Positions 26,902 to 35,332 of a DNA stretch of 44,417 bases are shown one piece after another. Each line of letters opens with the position of its first letter. Positions within the stretch are counted from its first letter, which is position 1. A model generated the notes under the pieces. That model was not told where the DNA came from. It searched no databases and worked only from the letters and a program-made list of their open reading frames with translations. This DNA comes from a virus (taxonomy: Duplodnaviria; Caudoviricetes): positions 1 to 44,417 of IMG/VR virus record IMGVR_UViG_3300041097_000022; one strand, 5' to 3'. Both the position numbers and the translations under genes were made by a program.

Positions 26902-28668
26902 ATGGCAGTCTCGTATTGGTCAAGACCGATCGATTTTTTCGCACGGCGGACGAACTATATAGATCACATGGCGCCGATCTGGCTCGCACTGGATGAAACC
27001 ATGCGCGGGTCATTCTACGTGCCTGCAATGATCGGTAATTATGCAGCCAGCAAGGGAATTGACCCGGTCCTGCTGAAAGCGCCCGGCGTGAACAATCAAT
27101 TGGATGTGGCTCCGCCAGGAAACGGTCCACTGGTGACGTGCGCGTATGGAGACCTGCAGGAGGCAGTCCGTAAAAATCCGAAACGCCCGGAGATCTTCAT
27201 GCAGCATGGAGTCGGTCTGAGTTTTCCGCATAACGGTTATGCAGGCGGTGCCGGAATGCAGCGTGAGGTCAGTCTGTTCCTGAGCGCGAATGAGCACACC
27301 CGCAATATGGAGGCGAACACGTTTCCGCATAAAGCGGGAGCCGTGATCGGGACACCGAAGCTGGACAAGTTTGCTTCGATGGCGCTGCCGAGGCATGACG
27401 GGAAACCGGTCGTTTGCATTTCCTTCCACTGGGACGGATCGAAAATCGCACCGGAATCGGGGAATGCATTCGCGCATTACAAAAGGATATTGGGCGATCT
27501 GGCAAAACACGATGAATTCACATTGATCGGGCATGGACATCCACGCATCATGGACATGCTGGAAAATATTTATCGTCCCCTGGGAATCGAGGCGGTCCAT
27601 GATTTCGAGGAAGTCATGCGGCGGGCTGACCTGTATGTCAATGATTCATCGTCCACGCTGTATGAATTCTGTGTAACCGGGAAGCCGGTCATCATCCTGA
27701 ATGCCCCGGAGTTTCGACGAGGCGTGCACCTCGGGATCCGATTCTGGGAATACTCGGATGTGGGTCCACAGGTGAACCAACCGGAAGAATTATTGCCTGA
27801 AATTTTGGACCAATTATCGAATGGTAAAGAGGAATATGCCGGGGCGCGGGAAAAAGCCGTTGAGGATCTATATCCATACCTCGGGGTGAGTGCAAAGCGG
27901 GCGGCGGACGTCATCGAGGAGTTCGTGTTATCCAAGGGGCCAGGCGTGACAAAAATAGAAAGCCTGGAGGGCGAATCCATCGGCATTGTTTATATGGGTT
28001 TCGGCCCGAAAGCGGCGCACGAGATCCAAAAGAGCATGGCATCGCTCAGGAATGTAGGTTTGAAAATCCCCGTGTGTGTGGTCGGAGATACACCGGTGCA
28101 CGGCGCGCAATTTATCGAGTGGACAGGACAAAGCCCGTTCGATGCAAGCCAGAGGCGGAATTTTCAGTTCCGCGCTGGACGGGTCAAACCCTATCTGTGC
28201 GGGCTGACACCCTACCAGCGGACGCTTTACATTGATGCCGACACAGAATTCATGTCGGATATCACTGCAGGCTTCAAGAAATTGAATCAATGCGATCTGG
28301 CTTTGGCAGAAGAATTATTGTGCATCGGGCAGCTCTATAACAAGCCGCTGGCTGGATGGGAAATCAACATCATCGAGCGGGATGCGACAATCAAGGAACT
28401 GGGCGGGGACCCGAAAATAAAGTTCCTAAACTCGGGCGTGATCTTCTTCCGCAAGTGTGCGGAGGTGGAAATGTTATTCCAGGAATGGGGCAGGCAGTGG
28501 TTGAGATGGCAGCAATGGGATGAGCAATTGTCTCTGATGCGTGCGCTGCACCAATGTCCTGTGAAATACGAGGCGCTGCCGGTGGACTGGAACCATCCAC
28601 ACCGGCAACAGGCAAAAATCATTTTTCATAATTACGGACGAGGAGATGCTCGATGGAACATTGCGTAG
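26902..28668 (+). CDS. Two-domain transferase: TagB/TagF-like GT-B domain + GT-A (GT8-like, DxD) glycosyltransferase
   Basis: GTPKLD, HGHP, ADLYVNDSSSTLYEF...KPV; then KPYL...TPYQRTLYIDADT, LNSGVIFF, DEQ, LPVDWN, IFH. Confidence 0.8.
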   Translation: MAVSYWSRPIDFFARRTNYIDHMAPIWLALDETMRGSFYVPAMIGNYAASKGIDPVLLKAPGVNNQLDVAPPGNGPLVTCAYGDLQEAVRKNPKRPEIFMQHGVGLSFPHNGYAGGAGMQREVSLFLSANEHTRNMEANTFPHKAGAVIGTPKLDKFASMALPRHDGKPVVCISFHWDGSKIAPESGNAFAHYKRILGDLAKHDEFTLIGHGHPRIMDMLENIYRPLGIEAVHDFEEVMRRADLYVNDSSSTLYEFCVTGKPVIILNAPEFRRGVHLGIRFWEYSDVGPQVNQPEELLPEILDQLSNGKEEYAGAREKAVEDLYPYLGVSAKRAADVIEEFVLSKGPGVTKIESLEGESIGIVYMGFGPKAAHEIQKSMASLRNVGLKIPVCVVGDTPVHGAQFIEWTGQSPFDASQRRNFQFRAGRVKPYLCGLTPYQRTLYIDADTEFMSDITAGFKKLNQCDLALAEELLCIGQLYNKPLAGWEINIIERDATIKELGGDPKIKFLNSGVIFFRKCAEVEMLFQEWGRQWLRWQQWDEQLSLMRALHQCPVKYEALPVDWNHPHRQQAKIIFHNYGRGDARWNIA

Positions 28669-29258
28669 ATACTCAAATGATATTTGACAAGACCAGGGAT
28701 GTGCCCTCCTGGACGTCGGAAATGGAACGGATCGAATTAATGAACCTGGCATGCCAGGTCCGGGACGACGGTCTGATCGTGGAGATTGGCGCTCTATACG
28801 GCGGCATGACTGCGGTGATAGGGTTATCGCAGCCCAAGGCGCGCATCATTGCGGTTGACAATTTCTCCTGGTCACCGATCGCTGAGAGACCTGCCAGCAA
28901 GGACGAGCTGCTGAAAAATACGGCAGCTTGCGGCGTTCACAATGTGGAGGTGATGGAAGGGGACAGCCGCGTGATCGGAAAGACGTGGCAACAGCCCATT
29001 GATCTGTTATGGATCGATGGCGGACACAGCTATGAATATGTCCGATCCGACCTGGATAACTTCGGTCCGCACGCAAAGGTGATCGCGCTCCATGATTGGG
29101 ATAATGCATTCTGGCCTTCCATCCGCCAGGCGGTGGAGGATTTTATAAAACATCACCCGGAATGGAGGGTCGATCACTCAACGGAAATGGTGGTCGTACT
29201 CCTGCCGGTGGTTCCAATCCCTGTCGGTCATGCATTCGATAACACAGGTGAACAATGA
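28653..29258 (+). CDS. Class I SAM-dependent methyltransferase (Methyltransf_24-like)
   Basis: IVEIGALYGG, AVDNF, EGDS, IDLLWIDGGHSYE, ALHD. Confidence 0.88.
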   Translation: MEHCVDTQMIFDKTRDVPSWTSEMERIELMNLACQVRDDGLIVEIGALYGGMTAVIGLSQPKARIIAVDNFSWSPIAERPASKDELLKNTAACGVHNVEVMEGDSRVIGKTWQQPIDLLWIDGGHSYEYVRSDLDNFGPHAKVIALHDWDNAFWPSIRQAVEDFIKHHPEWRVDHSTEMVVVLLPVVPIPVGHAFDNTGEQ

Positions 29259-29863
29259 TTCGAGTGCATGCGGTTGAGCGGCTGCGCAATTTGTATGCAG
29301 GAGAGACGGCCTGGATCGTTGGAAAAGGGCCAAGCCTGCTACATTTGCGCGCGGAGCATTTCGGGAATGGTCCTGTGATCACGCTCAACCAGTCTGTGCT
29401 CATCGTCCAGGAGTTGGGTTTGAGCAACGAGATCTATTCCATGCAGAAGGACGGATGCGGTGCCACCCATGCAGAGGCACGCTGCCAGCGCTGCGGCCAC
29501 CGCCCGCCGATGACATATCCGCATGAGGATGTGACGGTCATTCTCCAGGAGCCTAATTTTTCCGAATTCTGTTTATGGGAACATAAAAAAAGGTTGTGGG
29601 TCAATGTTCAAGACCTGGGCTTTGAGATTGAAAGCGAGATGGCCATCCGAATGGTGATCAAACTCGCACAGGTAATGGGATGCAAAACGTTGGTCCTTCT
29701 GTGCTGCGATTCTCTCACTAATGGATCGCTGGAAACGCTGGACCTGGATACCAGGCAATCAGCATTAACGAGTGCCGGGCAATATTATGAATATGTCGCT
29801 CCCCTGGTCATGGGAGACCTGGAACAAATCGATCACAGGTTCATTACACCGGAGGCGATATGA
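29255..29863 (+). CDS. Maf/MptE-like (DUF115, sialyltransferase-like) protein
   Basis: LRNLYAGETAWIVGKGPSL, ITLN, LAQVMGCKTLVLLCCD. Confidence 0.65.
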   Translation: MIRVHAVERLRNLYAGETAWIVGKGPSLLHLRAEHFGNGPVITLNQSVLIVQELGLSNEIYSMQKDGCGATHAEARCQRCGHRPPMTYPHEDVTVILQEPNFSEFCLWEHKKRLWVNVQDLGFEIESEMAIRMVIKLAQVMGCKTLVLLCCDSLTNGSLETLDLDTRQSALTSAGQYYEYVAPLVMGDLEQIDHRFITPEAI

Positions 29864-30516
29864 GCGTTTTACGATCCACCTTGATCACACGGCTCGAGAG
29901 CGATGTGCCTGCAGTGGACGGTGTGCCCTCCTCGACACAATATGAAAATGCGGTCATGGAGGCAGTCCGGGATTTTTCGGAACGCTGCGGGGTGATGCGC
30001 ATCGCGACATTGAACATCGTCCCGAACACGGCGACCTATGACCTGGCTGACGATTTTCTGAAGCTGGTCTTCCTGGAAGCGGTGGATGCGACTGAAGGAA
30101 TCATCCACTCAGCGGAGGGGTTGATCCCGGTCAGTGCGACGTGGGCGGAGGAATATTCGATCCGCAACGGACAGATCACGTTTTATCCGACGCCAACCTT
30201 TACCGTGGCGAGGGATTACCGCTATAAGGCAGCCTGGATCGGCACAGTGATCGAGGACAGTGGTGCCGGTGATGACCTGGACTACGAAACCATGAGCGAG
30301 CGTGAAGCGGACATTATCCTATTGAAGGCAGCGATGATCGCATTGGGGAAGCGCGCCAATGCGGAAGCGAGCAATACGATCAAATACAGCTTCGGCGCGG
30401 TGAGCGAGGACCTGACGGGTTCATCGGATGGACTGCGCAAACAAGCCAGGGAGATGCAGGATGATTACCTGGCAAGGTGTGATAAATACAACGGCTCATA
30501 CGGGATTTTTGCATGA
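29860..30516 (+). CDS. Head-tail adaptor (putative)
   Basis: Position; YDLADDFLKL...ITFYPTP motif typical of adaptor proteins. Confidence 0.55.
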   Translation: MSVLRSTLITRLESDVPAVDGVPSSTQYENAVMEAVRDFSERCGVMRIATLNIVPNTATYDLADDFLKLVFLEAVDATEGIIHSAEGLIPVSATWAEEYSIRNGQITFYPTPTFTVARDYRYKAAWIGTVIEDSGAGDDLDYETMSEREADIILLKAAMIALGKRANAEASNTIKYSFGAVSEDLTGSSDGLRKQAREMQDDYLARCDKYNGSYGIFA

Positions 30517-30824
30517 ACACCGCATTCTACAGAAAACGCATGATCATTATCCGCCAGAGAAATGAGGTATCCATTGCCATCCGGCGAGGAGATACCACAC
30601 TGACTGCGCAGGATATGCGGATCGAGATAGCGGGTACACGCGGCTATCGTTTGCAGTCCGCGGCAGCAAGGGAGGCGAACCAGTCCATATTTATCCTGGG
30701 CGCGCATGACATGGATATCGCTGTTGAGGACCGGCTGACCTATAACAACATCCTGTACCGGGTTGTTTTCATCCAACCTAACCGGCTGGCGGCGACGATC
30801 GCAGAGGCGGTGGCAGTTGAATAG
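30513..30824 (+). CDS. Head closure/stopper protein (putative)
   Basis: 103 aa beta-rich, DIAVEDRLTYNNILYRVV. Confidence 0.55.
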   Translation: MNTAFYRKRMIIIRQRNEVSIAIRRGDTTLTAQDMRIEIAGTRGYRLQSAAAREANQSIFILGAHDMDIAVEDRLTYNNILYRVVFIQPNRLAATIAEAVAVE

Positions 30825-31251
30825 CAATTTCCACTGGGTGATCCATCCGAACCAGCAACTGATCCCGAACATCGAAGAATACGGGAAAAGGGCACTGGTT
30901 GCGATCCAGGCAGCAGCGACCTATTGGGGGCAACTGGTTCAGGACGAGGCGAGGAAGGGAGCGACCTGGACGGACAGGACCGGTCACGCACGCGGCGGGC
31001 TGTTCTTTGCGGTGGATGGCTTTGGATTGTCGCCCATAACCGGGATGGTCACACCGGAAGCCGAAGGGAAGATGACCGACATTGCCATCGAAAGCGGAAG
31101 CGAGAATAAGCTGATCATCACCCTGGGGCATACGGTGTTTTATGGGAAGTTTTTGGAATTATCGAACGGCGGACGATACGCGATCATCATGAGCACCATC
31201 GAGGCAAACATAGCGCAGTTGGAGAACATGGTGCAGGAAATATTCAGTTGA
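30817..31251 (+). CDS. Tail completion protein (HK97 gp10-like)
   Basis: ARKGATWTDRTGHARGGL ... HTVFYGKFLEL; TTG start inferred. Confidence 0.65.
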   Translation: MNSNFHWVIHPNQQLIPNIEEYGKRALVAIQAAATYWGQLVQDEARKGATWTDRTGHARGGLFFAVDGFGLSPITGMVTPEAEGKMTDIAIESGSENKLIITLGHTVFYGKFLELSNGGRYAIIMSTIEANIAQLENMVQEIFS

Positions 31252-31258
31252 GGACAAG

Positions 31259-32539
31259 ATGACCACATTGCGAGATCGGATCAAAGCATTTCTAAACCCC
31301 CAACCCCTGGGCACTGCTCCGGGAGTTATGGAATCGCCCGCGCCCGTCATCCCCGAATCGATGATCGATAAATTTTCAGTCGAGATGTCGAGGGCGGCGG
31401 TGATCAAGGATTGCCGCACGATGTACGACAGCGATCCGCGGGTTGAGAAAATGCACCGGGATTATGCGCGTGACCTGGTACGCAATGGATTCATCGTCAA
31501 AACAACCGACCAGCGAGCAAAGGAGATCGCCGACGCACTGCAGGAACGCCTGGGGCTGAACCAGAAGCTGGAGGATTGGTGGCGGCTGACCATGCGGGAC
31601 GGTGATTCATTCCTGGAGTTGTCGGTCGAGGAGAGGGATGGGCTGGTCATCTCGGATGTGACGCGTAAACCGACACTCCAGATGCACCGAAATTCCAATA
31701 GCGCAGACCAGTTCGAAAATCCAGAAAAGGCTTTCTGGATGGCGGAGAATATTTATTCAGGCATGGAACCACCGAAGGATGCGACCTGGTTTCCAGCCTG
31801 GAAAATGATCCATGCACGCTGGAATCATGACGAGGAAAAACGCTACGGACGCCCGATGATGCAATCGGCGCGCACGCAATTCAAATATGTCCAGGATGGC
31901 GAGTTGAACGTGGCAGTGCGCCGGAAAGCGGGCGGGGCGCAGCTGCGCCAGCATGTGATCGAGGGCAATGCGGCGGATGTCGAAAAATACAAGGAAGACA
32001 ATAAAGCGGCTCTTGGCAAACTGGCGGCGGTGATCGATTTCTTCAGCAACAAACCAGGATCGCTTACGGTGTTCCAGGGGGACGGCAACCTGGACAAAAT
32101 CGGGGACGTCCAGCACCACATTGCCACGATGTTCACGGCATCGGATGAGCCGATGGAGCTGATCGCCTACGGCGGAGATCTGAACCGGGACATCCTGGGA
32201 GAGAAAAAGGACCAGTACGACGAGATATTGAACCAGGGGCGCGAGTGGGCGACCATGCAATTGATCAAGCCGCTGCTGGAACGGCAATGGCTGCTGCAAG
32301 GAATCCTCCCAGAAAGTTTGAAATACAAAATCGTATGGCGAAAGGCGCGCACGATGACACCCGAGGCATTACGCAACCTGGGTGATGGACTGATGCGCTT
32401 GAGGGTGTTGGGCGTCAAGGAGGAAGTGATCAGTACTATGCTGGCATCGTTCCTGAGGGATGTGGATGAGGACATCTTAACCGGCGAGGGAATTGATTCT
32501 GAGCGCTTTGCCGCAATGTTGCAAGGATTGAGCATCTAA
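31259..32539 (+). CDS. Portal protein
   Basis: 426 aa; RDGDSFLEL, MIHARW...RYGRPMM..AR; followed by a gpF-like gene. Confidence 0.8.
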   Translation: MTTLRDRIKAFLNPQPLGTAPGVMESPAPVIPESMIDKFSVEMSRAAVIKDCRTMYDSDPRVEKMHRDYARDLVRNGFIVKTTDQRAKEIADALQERLGLNQKLEDWWRLTMRDGDSFLELSVEERDGLVISDVTRKPTLQMHRNSNSADQFENPEKAFWMAENIYSGMEPPKDATWFPAWKMIHARWNHDEEKRYGRPMMQSARTQFKYVQDGELNVAVRRKAGGAQLRQHVIEGNAADVEKYKEDNKAALGKLAAVIDFFSNKPGSLTVFQGDGNLDKIGDVQHHIATMFTASDEPMELIAYGGDLNRDILGEKKDQYDEILNQGREWATMQLIKPLLERQWLLQGILPESLKYKIVWRKARTMTPEALRNLGDGLMRLRVLGVKEEVISTMLASFLRDVDEDILTGEGIDSERFAAMLQGLSI

Positions 32540-33690
32540 TGGATCCTAAACCATTGATCACGCAGCTCGATAAAGTCCCGCTTGGACGGATGTATCACGC
32601 ATCAGCCAAGGCGGTGACGCGGCTGCAGATCTATTTCATTGGACGAACGCATGAGCTAATCCTGGAATTCGGAAACAAGGCGCGGGCTGCCATTTCGCGT
32701 CAGATCGGAAGCGACTCAAGCCCGGACGGTGCAACCGGTTTCGAATTGCAGAGCCAGTTGATCCGATTATGGAGCGACACGTTCACCGGATGGCAGACGG
32801 AATTCCAACAGGTCCGCAGAGAGGCGGGACTGATCCCATTCGGCGTGCTGGCAATGACACACGAGCGGATGATCCGCCCGATGGTCAAGGATCTCGAGGA
32901 GTCGAAAAACGGTCAAGACCTGATCGAAGCGGTCACGAAGGGAGGCGTATTCAGTCCGCAGGTCCAGGCATTGATCGACATTGCATCGAATTATTTGTAC
33001 GGCGGAACGCCGCTCAACCTTTCGCAGCGCATCTGGAAGCTGGACCGGGATACGCGGGACTTGATCAACCAAATATTGATGGATGGAATTGCCAATCAAT
33101 TGAGCGCCTGGCAAATTGCTGAGAAACTCGAGCAGGCTCTGGGGGCAGGCGCTGATTGTCCGCGATGGACGAGCACACGTCTCTATGGCATGACTGCAGT
33201 GGAAAAATTATCGAGCACTGCCGGATTGTTGAGCGGGAAATCATGCGATGGCAGCGGCGTGAGTTATAACGCACTGCGCCTGGCGCGTACCGAGATCGCC
33301 AAGATGCATGCTCTGGCAACCGACAAAATGATGGCGGCGCAGCCCTGGGTTGAGAAGGAACAGGTGCATCTATCCGCTGCTCATCCGGAACATGACGAAT
33401 GCGATGATGTCGTTGAAGGCGGGGAGAATGGAGAGGGCATTTATCCGAAGGGCGAGATCGAACTGCCGATCCACCCGAATTGTTTTTGCTATAAAACTGC
33501 AGTCCTGATGGACCAGAAGGAATTCACGAGCCGATTACGGGGCTGGATGCGCGGCGAGACGGAATGGGTCGGATTGGATCAATATGCCCGGGAGCTGGGC
33601 ATTGATACATTGGACAGCAGTGTGAGCGGCGGTGCTGCTGCGCTGGCTGTATGGCTGCTAAGCAACGACTTAACGGAGTGGCTGAAATGA
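32539..33690 (+). CDS. Minor head protein (Mu gpF / SPP1 gp7-like)
   Basis: LSQRIWK, ALRLARTE, CDD...GIYP..ELPIHPNCFC. Confidence 0.85.
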   Translation: MDPKPLITQLDKVPLGRMYHASAKAVTRLQIYFIGRTHELILEFGNKARAAISRQIGSDSSPDGATGFELQSQLIRLWSDTFTGWQTEFQQVRREAGLIPFGVLAMTHERMIRPMVKDLEESKNGQDLIEAVTKGGVFSPQVQALIDIASNYLYGGTPLNLSQRIWKLDRDTRDLINQILMDGIANQLSAWQIAEKLEQALGAGADCPRWTSTRLYGMTAVEKLSSTAGLLSGKSCDGSGVSYNALRLARTEIAKMHALATDKMMAAQPWVEKEQVHLSAAHPEHDECDDVVEGGENGEGIYPKGEIELPIHPNCFCYKTAVLMDQKEFTSRLRGWMRGETEWVGLDQYARELGIDTLDSSVSGGAAALAVWLLSNDLTEWLK

Positions 33691-34100
33691 GCATCGGAAA
33701 CGACATCAAAACTGCGCTGGAATTGGACGATGCATTGATGGCGCTCCTGACAGGCGGCGTGTTCGCAGACGTCGAAGAAATCAATCGACAGAACACGCCA
33801 GGCGCATTCGACGCAAACATGGAGATCGAGCCGTGCATCTTGATCAAGGAAGGCACGGAAACAAAATTGCGCCCAACGCGGCGCGGGGTGCAGACACCCA
33901 TCACGATTTATTTCTACCAGCGTTCGGGATTCGATGTGATCGACGCGGCCATTGCGCTGGCATTCGATGACCTGAACGAAAAGAAAATAGGAGATAGTGT
34001 ATGGAATATCGAACATGACATCACGATTCACAGGCAACGCGACGCAGCTCTGGATTGCCCGCTGGGCACGCTGCGATTTGTAGCAAAACGAAAATTGTAA
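33687..34100 (+). CDS. Tail terminator (putative)
   Basis: IKTALELDDALMALLTGGVF N-terminus; directly before the tail tube gene. Confidence 0.6.
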   Translation: MSIGNDIKTALELDDALMALLTGGVFADVEEINRQNTPGAFDANMEIEPCILIKEGTETKLRPTRRGVQTPITIYFYQRSGFDVIDAAIALAFDDLNEKKIGDSVWNIEHDITIHRQRDAALDCPLGTLRFVAKRKL

Positions 34101-34112
34101 AGGAGATCGAAA

Positions 34113-34643
34113 ATGAGTCCACTGACCACCACCCCGATCGTGTACGGTTTGAACGATGTGAAAATCACATCCTATGACGGTTTGACGCAGGTTGACCTGC
34201 CCGAATCGGTCACGCTGAAATTCAAGGAACGAATCCGCTCTGCCGAGGCGCAGGGCGATGACAAACTGGGCGGCGTGGTTGCCGTCCGGGATGCCATCGA
34301 GTGGGAGCTGGAGTTTTCCAGCCTGCCGCTGGAGGCGCTGGCTGTGATGTACGGCACGACCACCAGCACATCCGGTTCAACGCCGAACCAGGTCAAGACG
34401 CTCGAGCACCAGGGCGCGGTGCGCCTGCCGTATTTCAAGATCTACGGCAAGAGCCTGGGCGAGGGCGATGATGACGTCCATTGCATCATCTACAAGGCCA
34501 AGGTCACTGAAGGCATGGATGGTTCGTTCAAATACGGCGAGATCGGAAAGCCCACCATCAAGGGCATTGCGATCGACGACGGCGCGAACGGCATCTATGA
34601 CTGGGTACAGAACGAAACCGCAGCCACGCTGCCCAGCTCGTAG
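34113..34643 (+). CDS. Major tail (tube) protein
   Basis: YGLNDVKI, GDD, LEALAVMYG, PYFKIYGKS, YKAKV; AAGGAG RBS; strong codon bias. Confidence 0.8.
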   Translation: MSPLTTTPIVYGLNDVKITSYDGLTQVDLPESVTLKFKERIRSAEAQGDDKLGGVVAVRDAIEWELEFSSLPLEALAVMYGTTTSTSGSTPNQVKTLEHQGAVRLPYFKIYGKSLGEGDDDVHCIIYKAKVTEGMDGSFKYGEIGKPTIKGIAIDDGANGIYDWVQNETAATLPSS

Positions 34644-34650
34644 GTGAGCG

Positions 34651-35187
34651 ATGAGCAACAAAAATAAACGATTCATCCAGCCGATTGCCCAAGCCCAGCG
34701 CGACCGGCGTGAGGACCTGGCAGAATGGCGGGCAAACCGTCTGCGTGAATTTTCCCTGCCGAGCGGGTTGAAGGTGATGGTCATGGATGTGACCATCACC
34801 GACCTGATGTTCACCGGAAACCTGCCGCCCGCGATCATGGCGATGGCTGAGGACGCGCAAAAGAATGGCGCGCAGGAATTGGATTTGCAAGCCATCTCGA
34901 AAAATGCTCCGGAGTTCGGAAAGCTCCTGGATACGCTGGTCATGGCAGCGGTGAAGGACCCGCCGATGGCAGAGCATGGCGATGATGAGCACCTGGGATT
35001 GGACGAGCTGCCGGGCGATGACAAGATGGCGATCTTCAATTGGGTCAACCGTGAAACGGAGGGGATGTCCCCCTTTCGCAACGAAGGAAAACCTGATCAG
35101 GCTGGACATCGTGGGCAAACGCTACTCGATGAGACCCAGCCAGATCCTGCAACTGCAAACCGACTGGAGCGCATGGCAGCTCGATGA
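34651..35187 (+). CDS. Tail assembly chaperone (zero-frame product)
   Basis: FSLPSGLKV motif; lies between tube and tape measure. Confidence 0.75.
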   Translation: MSNKNKRFIQPIAQAQRDRREDLAEWRANRLREFSLPSGLKVMVMDVTITDLMFTGNLPPAIMAMAEDAQKNGAQELDLQAISKNAPEFGKLLDTLVMAAVKDPPMAEHGDDEHLGLDELPGDDKMAIFNWVNRETEGMSPFRNEGKPDQAGHRGQTLLDETQPDPATANRLERMAAR

Positions 35188-35332
35188 GGCTTGCGCGCTG
35201 GAGGGATTGAAGCTGGAGGCATCAGCCAACAGGAATCCCTCCAGGAGCCAGTCCATGGAAAACGGGAAATTTGCCAGCGCCCGCGGCCACCCGATAAAGA
35301 AGATGAAGATCCCGAAATCAGGAATTTGGTAA
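35075..35332 (+). CDS. Frameshift extension of the tail assembly chaperone (+1 frame)
   Basis: KRYSMRPSQIL...AWQLDEACA segment; open frame ends directly at the tape measure start. Confidence 0.6.
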   Translation, partial: FATKENLIRLDIVGKRYSMRPSQILQLQTDWSAWQLDEACALEGLKLEASANRNPSRSQSMENGKFASARGHPIKKMKIPKSGIW

